A stretch of 64,000 nt of DNA from Leptolyngbyaceae cyanobacterium (GCA_965263355.1 CBDHHL010000056.1:896001-960000); one strand, 5' to 3'. Positions 36,744-48,083 are shown, numbered from the stretch's first letter. Notes: generated by a model from the sequence alone, not told the origin. Made by a program: numbers and translations.

Positions 36744-38252
36744 CTACGATGGTGAAGCTGTACCTGATGCTGCTGTGTTTGTAGTTGATTCTTGACCAGC
36801 TTTGTTTACATCAACCAACTTCTTCAGCAAGTCGTACCAAAAGGAAGCACCCATGGAAACAGCAATCCCAGTTATAATCCAGCCTGGAATTCGTTCTATC
36901 CAAAATGGTAAAAACTTCAAAGGAACAACCCTAAGATTAGCTTGATGTTCAAGTACTGGAGCTTGCCAGCCCAACGGTAATGATAACTGTGAGCTTAAGT
37001 GATCAATTTGGTCTGTTTGTTCAAGGACATCTTGAGGCAGCTGATCCATCACCTCAATAACTGACGCCGCAATTGTCTTTTCCTTAGCAAAGCGGTCGAT
37101 CATATAAAACGAATCAGCATTAACAACCACAGCTACGACCATGGCAATTAGAATTGCCACTAGCCTGGAGTTGCGGATATAAACACCATGGGCACGTTCC
37201 ATGGACTGATCAAACCATGTAGAAATCTCTTGTTCAAACTGGTTAGCTTCTTGAGCTAGATCGTCTACCTTGTCCAAAGCGTTATCGGCTAGATGCTCTA
37301 GATTATCTCCTAGGGCTTGAGGAATAGGAGGCAAGGCATTGATCAACGTTTGAACGGACGGATTCATCACAATCAACGCAAGGGCTAGAAAGGCCTGGTC
37401 AGTCTCTGGAGATAATATGGCATCTAGGTCAGAATTTTCCTGACGCAAGCTGGCGAGACTACGTTTTGCTTGCTCAAATGTGGGCTTCTCTGCTAATTCT
37501 TGCGTAAGGTTACTTAAGGTATCCTGCTTGAGCTGCAGATATTGTCGCACCGCCCGAATAGTGTCTGCGATAGATAGCTGCATCTTGTGGGTAAAGCTTT
37601 CAATCGCTTCAGGCGAACTAAAATCTGCTTGAAACACTTCGGATGTAATGAGTGACTCATTTTTGGTCATCTCTACTGCAATATTCTGTATAGCCGTAGC
37701 CAAGGAAATTTGCTTAGATTTAAAGGTGGCTAAGATCGCGTCTATTTTGGCGGCGAGCTTGTCTTGGTAGGCCTCTGGATCAGAGACCATCTCTTGAAGG
37801 GTGATTTTGAGGCGAAAGGCTATCAATTGACGATAAATACTTACAAAGTCGAAGGTACTCAGTAAGCTGCCGGTAAAGGCTCTTGTGGGGAGTTGGGACG
37901 GACCGCTATTGTATTCCCCAAAAATACGTTTATTTGAATTCGTCTGGAGTAGTTTTGTTACCTTACGTATGGGTTGTCGGAACACATCAGCGACTTCTCC
38001 TTTCGTTTGGTGGGTCAGGGAGCGAATCAGGGGATTATTATATAGCTGATTTGCCAGTACTCTTGCCTCCTGAAGTTGAGTCGTATCGTTGCCCACCAAC
38101 ATACCCTCAATGGATTCTTTAAGGTGCACTGCCCGCCACTGCAACAAAGCTTTTAGGATATTTTGCACCTCTGAAGCGAGAAGACTCAGAGTAAAGTATG
38201 TAAAAACCAAACTGATTGCAATATCTACGATAATTGGTAAACCTATACCCAT
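36744..38252 (-). CDS. Hypothetical membrane protein
   Basis: 502-aa ORF with an N-terminal TM helix, a long helical middle, and C-terminal TM segments (WFDQSMER, LPLGW, GWIITGIAVSMGASFWYDLL). Confidence 0.75.
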   Translation of the reverse strand: MGIGLPIIVDIAISLVFTYFTLSLLASEVQNILKALLQWRAVHLKESIEGMLVGNDTTQLQEARVLANQLYNNPLIRSLTHQTKGEVADVFRQPIRKVTKLLQTNSNKRIFGEYNSGPSQLPTRAFTGSLLSTFDFVSIYRQLIAFRLKITLQEMVSDPEAYQDKLAAKIDAILATFKSKQISLATAIQNIAVEMTKNESLITSEVFQADFSSPEAIESFTHKMQLSIADTIRAVRQYLQLKQDTLSNLTQELAEKPTFEQAKRSLASLRQENSDLDAILSPETDQAFLALALIVMNPSVQTLINALPPIPQALGDNLEHLADNALDKVDDLAQEANQFEQEISTWFDQSMERAHGVYIRNSRLVAILIAMVVAVVVNADSFYMIDRFAKEKTIAASVIEVMDQLPQDVLEQTDQIDHLSSQLSLPLGWQAPVLEHQANLRVVPLKFLPFWIERIPGWIITGIAVSMGASFWYDLLKKLVDVNKAGQESTTNTAASGTASPS

Positions 38253-38392
38253 TGTTGGAACCTCACCTCATTATTGAAATCTCACCTTATCTGAAAATAT
38301 ATCTAAATTTGGATATATGATCTAAGCCTGGACATATGGTGTAAAACTTAATTCAATTTGACTAGTATTCGAAGGTTTAAAAAATATAAAAT

Positions 38393-38490
38393 CCTGACTA
38401 CCTGCTCCCGATATCGCAGGGCAACCACAAGGGATTGCCCCTACGGACTGATGTATTTTTTATCGGGGTTAATGAACTCGGATTTGGTAT
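38393..38490. repeat. Dispersed ~100-bp intergenic repeat (MITE/REP-like), copy 1
   Basis: Homologous to 51184-51281; contains a gggca...tgcccctac hairpin and an identical end atcggggttaatgaactcggatttggtat. Confidence 0.75.
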
Positions 38491-38587
38491 AAGCATGTTA
38501 TTTCAGTGCTCGAAGGTTTGCCCTTGTAAGTCCAAGATAATACGTCCTTCAGTAAGGGTGCTTGTCCCTATTGTTCATTGCCTATCG

Positions 38588-40429
38588 CTACGTATAACTT
38601 TCAGCTTGTAGCTCGAACATTTCGGAGTATCGACCGCGTTGAGCCATTAGTTCGTCGTGGGTACCAACTTCGGTGATAGTGCCTTGTTCTAAGACAACAA
38701 TGCGATCCGCCATGCGGACAGTGGAAAACCGATGACTGACAAGAAAAGTCATTTTACCCTGGGTCAACTGACGAAAGCGTTGAAAGAGATCATGCTCTGC
38801 GATCGCATCTACCGCCGCTGTGGGTTCATCTAAAATCAAAATTTGGGCATCGGTCATAAAGGCTCGGGCTAGACCAATTTTTTGCCATTGCCCCCCAGAG
38901 AGATCGACACCACCGGAAAACATTTTTCCCAAAATCGTTTGATACCCCGCTTCCAATTGTTCAATCACCGCTGTAGCACCGGCCCCCTCTGCGGCCTGGG
39001 CGACTAATTTCATATCCTGTCGTTGGGGCAAATTACCAAATCCGATATTGTCCTGGACATTTAAGGCATAGCGAGCAAAGTCCTGGAACAGGATGCCGAT
39101 CTGGCTGCGCAAATCACTAAGAGAGAACTTTTGTAATGGAATGCCATCAATAACAATCTGACCATGATCAATATCGTAAAGCCGGGTCAACAACTTTAAC
39201 AATGTGGTCTTACCCGAGCCATTTAGCCCCACCAAAGCAATACACTCCCCCGGTGCTACTGTGAGATTAATTCTCTTCAAGGTCGGTTGGTCAGCCCCAG
39301 GATAGGTGAAATAAACGTCCTGAAATCGGAGCCCCTGTGCCATGGGTTTGGGAAAGGGATAAGGCTGGGGGGGACTGGTGACTTGGGGAGAGATATCTAA
39401 CAGTTCAAAATACTGGGATACGTAGAGATTATATTCATACAAAGTGGCCAGATTTAGCAAAATCGACTCAATCAACCCCTGGGCCTGCTGAAATGCGCCT
39501 GCATAAAGGGTAAGGTCGCCGAGGGTAACCAACCCTCTAATGGTTTGCCAGAGGACCAAACCATAGGCACCATAGAAACCTATCCCTCCTAACAGGTCAA
39601 TGCTCAGCTGAGCCAGAGACTGGCGCTGGGACAACTGGCGTGACTCTTGGTTAAATTCCTGGCGAATGGTGCGGTACTGCTCCACCATGTGTTCCCCCAG
39701 GTTAAACAGCCGTACTTCCTTAACATACTTAGGATCCGTCAGCACCTCATAAAAGTAATCCGCTAACCGCCGCGATGGTGTTTGACGACGGTTCAGCCAA
39801 AACCGACGATAAGAATAGCGAATGCCGACCCAGAGTGTTGGGAACACGCTCACCAGTAATAGCCCTATGACCGCAGGACTAAACCGCAGCAGCAGGGTCA
39901 ACAGCCCCAACAGCCGTGTCATTGAACCTAACAGCTGTGACAATCGCTCGACCACCCGCAGTGGATAGTCACTACCACTTTGCTGGGCGCGGTTAAGCAC
40001 ATCGTGAAACTCAGATGACTCATAATGGGCCAGGTCTAACCGCATCGCCTGTTGCAACAGCTGCACATTGGCATAGAGTAAAAACTGATCGCTTAATACT
40101 CGCCCTACAAAAATATCTAGCTGGCCCAATATTTCCCGCAACAGCAACAGGCCAAAACCAGCCAACACTAATAGCGTCAGCATAGGCGTAAAGCTAGCCG
40201 TTTCCCTGGCCAAAATTGCGACTACCTGGTCAACAATCAATTTACTGATATACAGTTGCGCCACTGGCACCAGCGAACTCGCCAGGGTCAGCACAATACT
40301 TAAGGTCAGCCATATCGGTGCAGCCGACCAGACCAATTGAATTAAGCGAGGCGTATTACCCAGTAAGGCAAGGATTTCTTGATAATAACGACGGAGTTTA
40401 GGCAGAGGGTTAGGCCAGGTAGAACGCAT
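38588..40429 (-). CDS. ABC exporter, fused permease/ATP-binding protein
   Basis: N-terminal TM domain; Walker A GLNGSGKTT, LSGGQWQ, ILDEPT, SHR. No C39 peptidase domain. Confidence 0.93.
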   Translation of the reverse strand: MRSTWPNPLPKLRRYYQEILALLGNTPRLIQLVWSAAPIWLTLSIVLTLASSLVPVAQLYISKLIVDQVVAILARETASFTPMLTLLVLAGFGLLLLREILGQLDIFVGRVLSDQFLLYANVQLLQQAMRLDLAHYESSEFHDVLNRAQQSGSDYPLRVVERLSQLLGSMTRLLGLLTLLLRFSPAVIGLLLVSVFPTLWVGIRYSYRRFWLNRRQTPSRRLADYFYEVLTDPKYVKEVRLFNLGEHMVEQYRTIRQEFNQESRQLSQRQSLAQLSIDLLGGIGFYGAYGLVLWQTIRGLVTLGDLTLYAGAFQQAQGLIESILLNLATLYEYNLYVSQYFELLDISPQVTSPPQPYPFPKPMAQGLRFQDVYFTYPGADQPTLKRINLTVAPGECIALVGLNGSGKTTLLKLLTRLYDIDHGQIVIDGIPLQKFSLSDLRSQIGILFQDFARYALNVQDNIGFGNLPQRQDMKLVAQAAEGAGATAVIEQLEAGYQTILGKMFSGGVDLSGGQWQKIGLARAFMTDAQILILDEPTAAVDAIAEHDLFQRFRQLTQGKMTFLVSHRFSTVRMADRIVVLEQGTITEVGTHDELMAQRGRYSEMFELQAESYT

Positions 40430-40440
40430 ATACTATATTG

Positions 40441-41139
40441 CTACGCTTGCACCAACCCCAGCTTAATGGCTTTAACAATAGCTTGAGTGCGACTGCGGAC
40501 CTTAAGCTTTTCAAAAATTGCCGTTAGATGAGCTTTTACCGTCGCCACAGTAATATACAGCTGTTTAGCAATCATCTCGTTAGAAGCCCCTTGTACCAGC
40601 CAGTGCAGTACATCTTGCTCGCGCTCAGTGAGATGGATCTCTGTCGATGGCTTGAAACTAAGCCCTGGATTGGCATGAAACAGTCGGAAAAATCCACTAG
40701 CCAGTTCTGAATCTAAATAGATTCCATCTTGTAGCACAGTCCGCAGAGCGTCATAGAGTTGACTACCTAGCTTGTCTTTCGCTACATATCCCTTGGCTCC
40801 AGCCTGCATAGCATGGTAAATCCACTGATCCTCTCGATGGGCAGATAAACTCAGTACTCGGGTATCTGCCCCCAGGGAGCGCAGCCGTTGTAGAACCTCT
40901 ACCCCCGTTCCTTCGGCCAGTTGCATATCCAGCAAAGTAATGGCGGGGCTATGGATCTCAACCATTTCAATCGCCTGCTCTACTGATGCAGCTTCTGCGA
41001 CCACCTTAAACGTAGTTGGCCCAGCAGTATAGAAACTCAGTAAGGTGCGTAACCCCTGCCTGAATTCAGCATTATCATCAACTAATAGAACAGAAATTGC
41101 ATCAGTCATAACGGATGCACTTGAAAAAGTGACAGACAC
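40441..41139 (-). CDS. NarL/LuxR-family response regulator
   Basis: Receiver LLVDD...LLDMQL...GYVAK; LuxR HTH LTEREQDVL..GASNEMIAKQLYITVATVKAH. Confidence 0.95.
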   Translation of the reverse strand: MSVTFSSASVMTDAISVLLVDDNAEFRQGLRTLLSFYTAGPTTFKVVAEAASVEQAIEMVEIHSPAITLLDMQLAEGTGVEVLQRLRSLGADTRVLSLSAHREDQWIYHAMQAGAKGYVAKDKLGSQLYDALRTVLQDGIYLDSELASGFFRLFHANPGLSFKPSTEIHLTEREQDVLHWLVQGASNEMIAKQLYITVATVKAHLTAIFEKLKVRSRTQAIVKAIKLGLVQA

Positions 41140-41270
41140 ATTTAATTACGGTTGTACCAAAGTCGTTATGCACATTAGCCATGTCAAAACTGAAAACCAA
41201 TTAAGTTTTCGACAAAAATAATGGAGCTGAACCGGGGCAAGGCTTAAAACAACAGTCTCTAACAGACCAT

Positions 41271-42401
41271 TTAGCGGGCTGGACCATAGGGTATTAACTC
41301 TGTACCCTGGCGCGGTAGAAAAATTGAAAACTGGGCTCCGCCTTGGGGAAGGGTTTTGGCACTTATGCTACCCTGATGATCCAAAATAATTTTTTTTGCG
41401 ATCGCAAGTCCTAGTCCAGTACCTCCTGTGCGTTTTGAATAAAACGGAGTAAATATATCAGTCTGCTCTACCCCCTCTAGACCCGGCCCCTGATCACTGA
41501 CAGTAATCAAAACCGACTGTTGAGATATTTGCCAACCGATCGTAATCGTCCCACCAACGGGACTAAAGTGAATGGCATTATCTAGCAAGTTTTGCAGCAC
41601 CTGCTCAAACTGCCATCCGTCCACAACAAGATGGATCGGCTGAGCTGGCTGGAGCACCCTAAGCTGTTTTTTATCCAGCTGTGGCTTTAAAACAGCAATG
41701 ACATTTTGCAATAACGTCAACAGGTTATGCTCCTCTTTTTTTAGACAGGCCTGTTTACCGCAGTTAAATAAATCACCTAAGTTTTTCAACATTGTTTCAG
41801 CTGTGCGACGAATGCAATCAGCCTGCTGTTTCTGCGTTTCGTTCTCTGCCCCGAGGGTAATCGTTTCTGCATACAGCCGAATCATGGCTAGGGGGTTACG
41901 AAACTGATGATCTGCCTGTTGCAATGTCTCCTCAAGCAACTGAATCTTGGCTTGCTGGCGTAAGTTCTCCTGGTACAACGTGAGATACTGCTGCAGTAGT
42001 TGAGCATATTCTGCGATTACATCCTTTTGCATATGAGAAATATGCTCTTTTGTCCACAGCAATAGATAGTCACATTGAGTTTCTGTCCGACGTAAGCCAC
42101 ATACATAGGCCCAAGACTCATTTGAATCGATAGATAGGGGCGTAGGCTCTAAGAATGGTAAATTCTGAGAGATCCAACGTTCTGATTCAATGTAAAATGC
42201 TAATTGCTCATTTATAGACGTATTGCGTCGGTAAGTCAGCATATCGCGTTTATTCTCAAGCTGATCCCAATATATTAGCCAAACGTCTAAGGCCGATAGC
42301 TTTTCGCTGAGGCGATCAATATGCGCCTGGCACAGCTGGCGAAGGTCAGCGGTGGCCAACTGCGTATGACGACTGGCTGTTGAATCAGGTGACATATACA
42401 T
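41271..42401 (-). CDS. Soluble sensor histidine kinase
   Basis: H-box DHQFRNPL, N-box NLLDNAIHF, G1 DQGPG, G2 GGTGLGL. No TM helices. Confidence 0.92.
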   Translation of the reverse strand: MYMSPDSTASRHTQLATADLRQLCQAHIDRLSEKLSALDVWLIYWDQLENKRDMLTYRRNTSINEQLAFYIESERWISQNLPFLEPTPLSIDSNESWAYVCGLRRTETQCDYLLLWTKEHISHMQKDVIAEYAQLLQQYLTLYQENLRQQAKIQLLEETLQQADHQFRNPLAMIRLYAETITLGAENETQKQQADCIRRTAETMLKNLGDLFNCGKQACLKKEEHNLLTLLQNVIAVLKPQLDKKQLRVLQPAQPIHLVVDGWQFEQVLQNLLDNAIHFSPVGGTITIGWQISQQSVLITVSDQGPGLEGVEQTDIFTPFYSKRTGGTGLGLAIAKKIILDHQGSISAKTLPQGGAQFSIFLPRQGTELIPYGPAR

Positions 42402-42746
42402 CCTTAATCCACTCCTACCTCATCCGGTAACTGTGGTGTTTACGCTGCTCATGCAATACCTGTGTCTATATTTAGAATCAACATTTTTTTGCCAACATGC
42501 AAGTATTAGAGGGAAATTTCGGTGTAAATACGCAGCTCTATACCCCTAGAAAAACATAGGGTTATTGGGGATCACAGCCCCGATATTGGGCCCCTCAAAT
42601 TGCCAGTCTAGTCTATTATTTTTCTATTGCTGCCTGTCCATTCAGGAGTTGTAAGTCATCTCTATTAGACCTTTGACCAATTGGCCCAGATCCAGCCAGA
42701 CTCTAGGCTATTAGTAAGCGCATTTCGTTGACATGTTCGCTATCGT

Positions 42747-42790
42747 AGACTCGCACCCCTTGCGTTAGGGAGCGGGTCTTTTTTATTTTT
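42747..42790 (+). terminator. Intrinsic terminator on the + strand with no annotated + strand gene upstream (probable sRNA 3' end)
   Basis: agactcgc-ac-ccct/tgcgtt/aggg-a-gcgggtct hairpin followed by tttttattttt. Confidence 0.65.
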
Positions 42791-42911
42791 TACTCACTAA
42801 TTTAAAGTAGCTTTCATGGCTATCGGCATAGATTCTTCACACGCTTATCCTACTTAAGTAGGAGACGTAACTAAAATCACCCAGGTCTGAATCAGTATAA
42901 TGAGCATTGCG

Positions 42912-43454
42912 TCAATCGCACCCCAAACTCTCTCGGGTGGAGATACCCGTAATAGGATTGACCCCATCAGCTCGCTCGCATAGAGATTTAACTTGAAAAC
43001 GATCGATGATGGTGTAGGAAAAGTCAGCCCCCGTGATCTCCACATCCATAAAGGTACTACTTGTCATTAACGCATCGGTAATTAGAGCATTAGTCAGATC
43101 TGACCCCGTGAACTCTACCCGGTCAGCAAATGATTCTGATAGATTTGCCCCGGTCAAGTCAGTACGAATAAATTTGGCTTTGGTTAAAATAGTGCCGCTC
43201 AGATCGGCCCCCCGAAAGTTAGCGTCTCGGACCTCTGCCGCCGCTAGAGACGTGCCTACCAAGTTGGCATTTTCAAAGTTACGCCCAGTCAGGTCGGTCA
43301 GGGTGTAATTGACAATACCTGGTGCGGCAATCGCAACCGTTGGCAATGGAGTTAACAGTAGTGCGATCGCAACAAACATACTTACAAGTTTGAGGCCATG
43401 CCACTGCCACTTAATCATTGATCGCTTACTCCTGTCTGCCATAGCTCTTATCAT
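42912..43454 (-). CDS. Pentapeptide repeat protein with signal peptide (lumenal/periplasmic)
   Basis: Hydrophobic leader ending AIA; A(D/N)(L/F)xx repeats; C-terminal [17 protein letters not shown]. Confidence 0.92.
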   Translation of the reverse strand: MIRAMADRSKRSMIKWQWHGLKLVSMFVAIALLLTPLPTVAIAAPGIVNYTLTDLTGRNFENANLVGTSLAAAEVRDANFRGADLSGTILTKAKFIRTDLTGANLSESFADRVEFTGSDLTNALITDALMTSSTFMDVEITGADFSYTIIDRFQVKSLCERADGVNPITGISTRESLGCD

Positions 43455-43490
43455 AAGCGAATTTAGAGTATGGCGGAATCTTCAGCAAAG

Positions 43491-45548
43491 CTATAGCTCT
43501 AAATTCGTCTTCTGACTTTCACTCGAGATGAAATTATTCAACTGCTGGAGGTCATCATCCTGTTCCAACGTTTCCTTTGGAGTATCTATATCAGCCTGCC
43601 ATGGGTCATCCACACTGTAGGGGGTAGCGGCGTTTTGGCTTTCTCCAGTAGTAGCCTGCTCTGGAGCTGACTTTGAAAATATATCCAGGACAGCCTCTTG
43701 ATGTTGATCAAAAATACTTATATCCCCCTGTTGCAGATCTCCCCAGAGCATGTCTGACACCTGCTTAGCGTCCTGATTAAGGGTGGTGGTAATCGCCTCA
43801 ATTTCCGCCAAAATTTGGGTAATAGTCTGAGCAGCTGTCACCATCGCCTGGGAGTTAGCAATTGTTGCCTGTCTGGATTGGGTAATCTCGTTTGTTTGAT
43901 GGTGTAGCTTTTCTAAAGAATGTCGCTGCCGATCATAGGCCTTGAGATTTGCTACGTCTGCTATAAGTTGGGCTAGCAAAGACTGAAACTGTGACTTGTC
44001 TGTCGCTTCAGTCGCCTGATCCACGGCTCCTGTTAGGGAAAATATGTGTTTATCTAAGGTTTTGAAAAGATGAGCTGACTCAGTTTCCGATGGCATACTA
44101 TCGAGGTAGCCCCCCAGGGTCTGGGCCAGACTAAACAACCCATCCAAACGACTGTCTACACATTTGCACTCATTAGATTGCTCAACCAGCTGCTTTTGGA
44201 CCTTTTGAATCAGTGACTGCTGCTCACGGGCTTCTTCGTCAATCTGGGCTGTAAAGGCCAAAAACCTCTCTGCCATTTGGTCAGAGTGCAAGTTACTCTG
44301 GGCAATGGTTTCCTCATGATGACGGATCGTTTCTTGATGCAGATTAAGCTGATTAAGAATATTAAAAAACGACATCGATAGTTGCTCCAACTCATCCTTT
44401 TGAGCAACTTCAACCTCTGCCATCAGGTTTCCCTCAGTGCCAGCAAACTGCTTACCTTGAAGCAGAATAGGCTTGATCCGCTGGTTCAGCTTCCGAATGG
44501 CCAAGTAGACCACCACTCCGATTAACAGCACCATTAAACTAGTGGTCAAGGCTGCGATTCGAAAGATTCGACCGTAGATAGCGTTGTAGGGCACAAAACC
44601 AAACAACAGCCAATCCTGTCCAGGAACCTTTGCATAGGCCCAATAACCTGACTTCCCCCCTAGTAGGCCCGGTGCATCCGAATTAATCTGCGACCAAATT
44701 GCCGCCAATCCAGGAATAGTTTGGTAGGTTTGGGCGTCGGTATCTGGATTTGTGGGATCGACGATTACTTTGCCTGACTGAGTCAGCAGTAAAAAGGAAC
44801 CGGCTTGTTGAAAGACAACATCATCCAGCAGCTCACCTAAATATCGACTATTAATATCAACCAGGCTAGTGCCTAACCAGCGCCCTTCACGGTTGAACAG
44901 AGGATAGTAATAGGTGAGTAGGCGATTATTGCCCTCTCCTTGATAGGGCTCTGTCCACAGGTTAGTCTGGGGTTCAAAGTAATTTCGGTAGCGCTCAGTT
45001 TCAGGATAAAATTCGCCAACGTCATCGGCAAAGTCCTCATAGCGAACGGCATCTGCAGATGTAATGGCCGAGTAGTAAGGGAAAAGCCAGGGCTGCTCCT
45101 CCAGAATGCCGTTTTCACTCTGCCCCAACCCTAACCCCACTACAAAGTCTGGACGACGCTCAAACAGCTGCAGCACCAACTCTCGATAGGTATCAGGAAA
45201 CTGCGCTCCTCGCTCATGCAGGGTCGTTGCACTGACGCCTAAGCTATAGGCCAGGGTTTCGGCTGACTCTGTTACAGATGCGATCGCATTGACCTTGCTA
45301 TCCACACTGCCACGGACCTGATCAATCGCTTGCCGCTTTAACATCTCACTAAAGAGAAATGCCATGCCCCCCATGCCAACCAGGGCCCCCAACATAATCA
45401 TCCAAAATAGACGACCACCAAATGAATTGAGACGGAACCATCCTTTTGCCTTATCTGTAAGCGTTGGTTGATAACTCTGGGGTGTCTGGGGAAGTTCCTT
45501 AAACGGTGCAATTGACTGCTTCGAGTTCGACAATTTGAAGGAAAACAT
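43491..45548 (-). CDS. Cache-domain membrane sensor (TM-dCache-TM-HAMP-like-coiled coil), paralog 1
   Basis: Two TM helices flanking a periplasmic domain (WLFPYY, WTEPY, G..LVDI), DELEQLSMSF HAMP-like segment, heptad-rich tail. Confidence 0.8.
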   Translation of the reverse strand: MFSFKLSNSKQSIAPFKELPQTPQSYQPTLTDKAKGWFRLNSFGGRLFWMIMLGALVGMGGMAFLFSEMLKRQAIDQVRGSVDSKVNAIASVTESAETLAYSLGVSATTLHERGAQFPDTYRELVLQLFERRPDFVVGLGLGQSENGILEEQPWLFPYYSAITSADAVRYEDFADDVGEFYPETERYRNYFEPQTNLWTEPYQGEGNNRLLTYYYPLFNREGRWLGTSLVDINSRYLGELLDDVVFQQAGSFLLLTQSGKVIVDPTNPDTDAQTYQTIPGLAAIWSQINSDAPGLLGGKSGYWAYAKVPGQDWLLFGFVPYNAIYGRIFRIAALTTSLMVLLIGVVVYLAIRKLNQRIKPILLQGKQFAGTEGNLMAEVEVAQKDELEQLSMSFFNILNQLNLHQETIRHHEETIAQSNLHSDQMAERFLAFTAQIDEEAREQQSLIQKVQKQLVEQSNECKCVDSRLDGLFSLAQTLGGYLDSMPSETESAHLFKTLDKHIFSLTGAVDQATEATDKSQFQSLLAQLIADVANLKAYDRQRHSLEKLHHQTNEITQSRQATIANSQAMVTAAQTITQILAEIEAITTTLNQDAKQVSDMLWGDLQQGDISIFDQHQEAVLDIFSKSAPEQATTGESQNAATPYSVDDPWQADIDTPKETLEQDDDLQQLNNFISSESQKTNLEL

Positions 45549-45945
45549 AGCAGTGGAATAACGAGGTTCTAATAAGCGCAGTAGGGCACATGTTGAATCT
45601 CCCTACATACTAATTCATAAGTTTCATACAAACAGACGGGCTAATGAGTATATGTGCGATTTCCAGAGCAACTTTACCGTATAAATACATAGGCCCCCAA
45701 ACGATTACTACGCCTTCAATTTCATGGACCCTCTGGAACCTATTAAGCAAAGTCATTTAGAAGCTAGATAGTAGGTACTAATTTTTAGTCCTTAAAAACA
45801 GACAAACCAAACGCTTAAAGCATCGCTAAATTGAGCAATCTTTAACAATGTGGAGCATCTAGCACGTTTTTATGCAGTGATTTTCTAACTGCTGGCAACT
45901 AGCTCCCCGTCTATCCAAGATTGCCCAGCTTAAGTTGATGGCCGA

Positions 45946-47751
45946 CTATGATTCAAAATTAGATGCAGGGTTGCTAATCACCGTATCCGCTGTCGCTCTT
46001 TCTTGCTGCTTAATCAGCTCTTTTCTCTTCTCCAGTCCGGTCCAGAGAATATTGGATGCAAACTTGACCTGTCTATTAAGATTATTGGCAATTGCCCCAA
46101 TTTTCATTAACGCCTCATGGATACGTTGTGAAGTACCCAACATTCTTCGAGAATTGTCCATAGCAGCTTGCCCAGCGTGAGAAATACTACTGGCTTGATA
46201 CTGCAGATCCTTTAAAGATGGTTGACCCTGGTCATAGAGTCTGAACATGGCGACATCTGTCCACAACTGGTCAATCACTGCTTGTAGTTGTGGCTGGTTT
46301 GATTCATCAATCTTCTTGTCTAAAACCTCTGTTAACTCCACCATATGCTGTTCCATTTTGGCTAAAAGTTCTGACGAATCGATATCTGAGGAAATTTGTT
46401 TCAGCTCTCCAGTCAAACCTTGTGTCATAGTCAACAGGGCATCTAAATGAATATCGACCGATTGATAATTGTGGTCAGCCAGCCACATTTGAACAACTTG
46501 GATCAATGACTGTTGTTCATCAGCTTCTTCATCAATGCGGTTAGCAAATTCCAAAAACTGTTCTACTACCCGACTAGTATGACGTCTTTCTTCAGTCAGA
46601 GCTTGTTTGTAATGACAAATGCTATCTTCATGATTATTCAGCTGTTCTAAAATTTTGAAAAAACCTAACGATAGCTGATTGAGTTCATCTTGCTGACTCC
46701 AACTGGTAAGAACTTGGTGATCTATTTCAGGCAGTTGATTACATTGCAGCAGAATGGGTTTAAGGTGACGGTTTAGTTTACCTACCGCAAAATATAATAC
46801 AAGTAGCAATAGTCCCATTACAAACGCTGTGATGCTGACAGTGAGGATGAGAATTCGATTATAAACAACAGTATAGGGAACAAACCCTAACAAGACCCAA
46901 TCTTGGCCAGGGACAGTCGCATGGGCCCAGTAGCCAGTTGTTCCTCTCAAAAAACCATTATCATCAAAATCAATTTGTGGCCATAGAGTATTCAACTCAG
47001 GAACATCTTGATACGTTTTTAGCTGATGGTCCGAGTTTGGCAAGTCTGTAATAATTGTTCCTGTCTTAGTCGCGAGTACAAAATGGCCTGCTTGTCGAAA
47101 AACAGGTTCATTTAGCAGATTACTTAAATACTTGCCATCAATATCTACCAGGATAGTACCCAACCAATTGCCCTCCTTACCAAACATAGGCAAATAATAG
47201 GTGAGCATACTCCTATTTCTTCGTTGGTAAGGCTCAGTCCAAACACTGGATTGAGGCATAAAATACTGCTGGTAGCGTTGGCTCTCAGGGTAAAACTCTC
47301 CCTTATTGTCAGCTAGATCATCATAAATGATGAAGTCTTGATCAAAGGAGGTATCCTCTTGAGACGTGATCAACGAATAGTAGGGAAAAAGCCAAGGTTG
47401 ATCGACAATTAAACCATTTTCGCTTTGCCCTAAGCCTAGACCAATCACAAACTCTGGGCGACGCTCAAACAACTGTAAAACAATTTCTCGATAGGTATCG
47501 GGGTACTGAGCACGACGTTCATGAAGTGTGGTCGCACTCACTCCAAGGCCATAGGCTAACATCTCAGCAGTTTCGGTTACGGCTGCGATCGCATTAACCT
47601 TGCCATCCAAACTGCCTCGGACCTGTTCTTCAGCCTGAGCCCTGACTATTCGACTAAAGCTAAATGCCATTCCTCCCAACCCCGTCAGGGTACTGAGTGA
47701 AATCATCCAAAATAGGCGTCCTCCAAATGAGTTAAGATGTAGCCATTTCAT
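45946..47751 (-). CDS. Cache-domain membrane sensor, paralog 2
   Basis: Same architecture and shared blocks (LNSFGGRLFWMI, YPDTYRE, WLFPYY, VPGQDW, DELNQLS). Confidence 0.8.
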   Translation of the reverse strand: MKWLHLNSFGGRLFWMISLSTLTGLGGMAFSFSRIVRAQAEEQVRGSLDGKVNAIAAVTETAEMLAYGLGVSATTLHERRAQYPDTYREIVLQLFERRPEFVIGLGLGQSENGLIVDQPWLFPYYSLITSQEDTSFDQDFIIYDDLADNKGEFYPESQRYQQYFMPQSSVWTEPYQRRNRSMLTYYLPMFGKEGNWLGTILVDIDGKYLSNLLNEPVFRQAGHFVLATKTGTIITDLPNSDHQLKTYQDVPELNTLWPQIDFDDNGFLRGTTGYWAHATVPGQDWVLLGFVPYTVVYNRILILTVSITAFVMGLLLLVLYFAVGKLNRHLKPILLQCNQLPEIDHQVLTSWSQQDELNQLSLGFFKILEQLNNHEDSICHYKQALTEERRHTSRVVEQFLEFANRIDEEADEQQSLIQVVQMWLADHNYQSVDIHLDALLTMTQGLTGELKQISSDIDSSELLAKMEQHMVELTEVLDKKIDESNQPQLQAVIDQLWTDVAMFRLYDQGQPSLKDLQYQASSISHAGQAAMDNSRRMLGTSQRIHEALMKIGAIANNLNRQVKFASNILWTGLEKRKELIKQQERATADTVISNPASNFES

Positions 47752-48083
47752 CAGTTTGCGATCGCGATTGGTTAATAAAGAATTTCATTTAGTCAGCGGC
47801 CCCTGAAATGAAAACGTTTAATTTGGAGCTGAATAAAACGCGGGGATAAATTTCGAATAATTCATGAAATAGGACAATATGCACTCAGAATATCCTACAG
47901 GGATATCTTTCGGACGGACAGTGATTATTTCTATGCATAGTGATATGAATCCGGTTAGATTCACGTACGTTCCTGGATCTTTTATCGACCACCCACCCAA
48001 ACTTTAAGAGCCGCTGGGCGTATTTTCACTGACATGTCAGTCTCAAAAATCACATCGCCCCAACCCCTTTCACCTAGTCAGTT

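Noticed and set aside
42420..42452. 10-codon upstream ORF (MSSVNTTVTG) before the histidine kinase
   Set aside because: Expected by chance; no regulatory codon pattern or attenuator structure.
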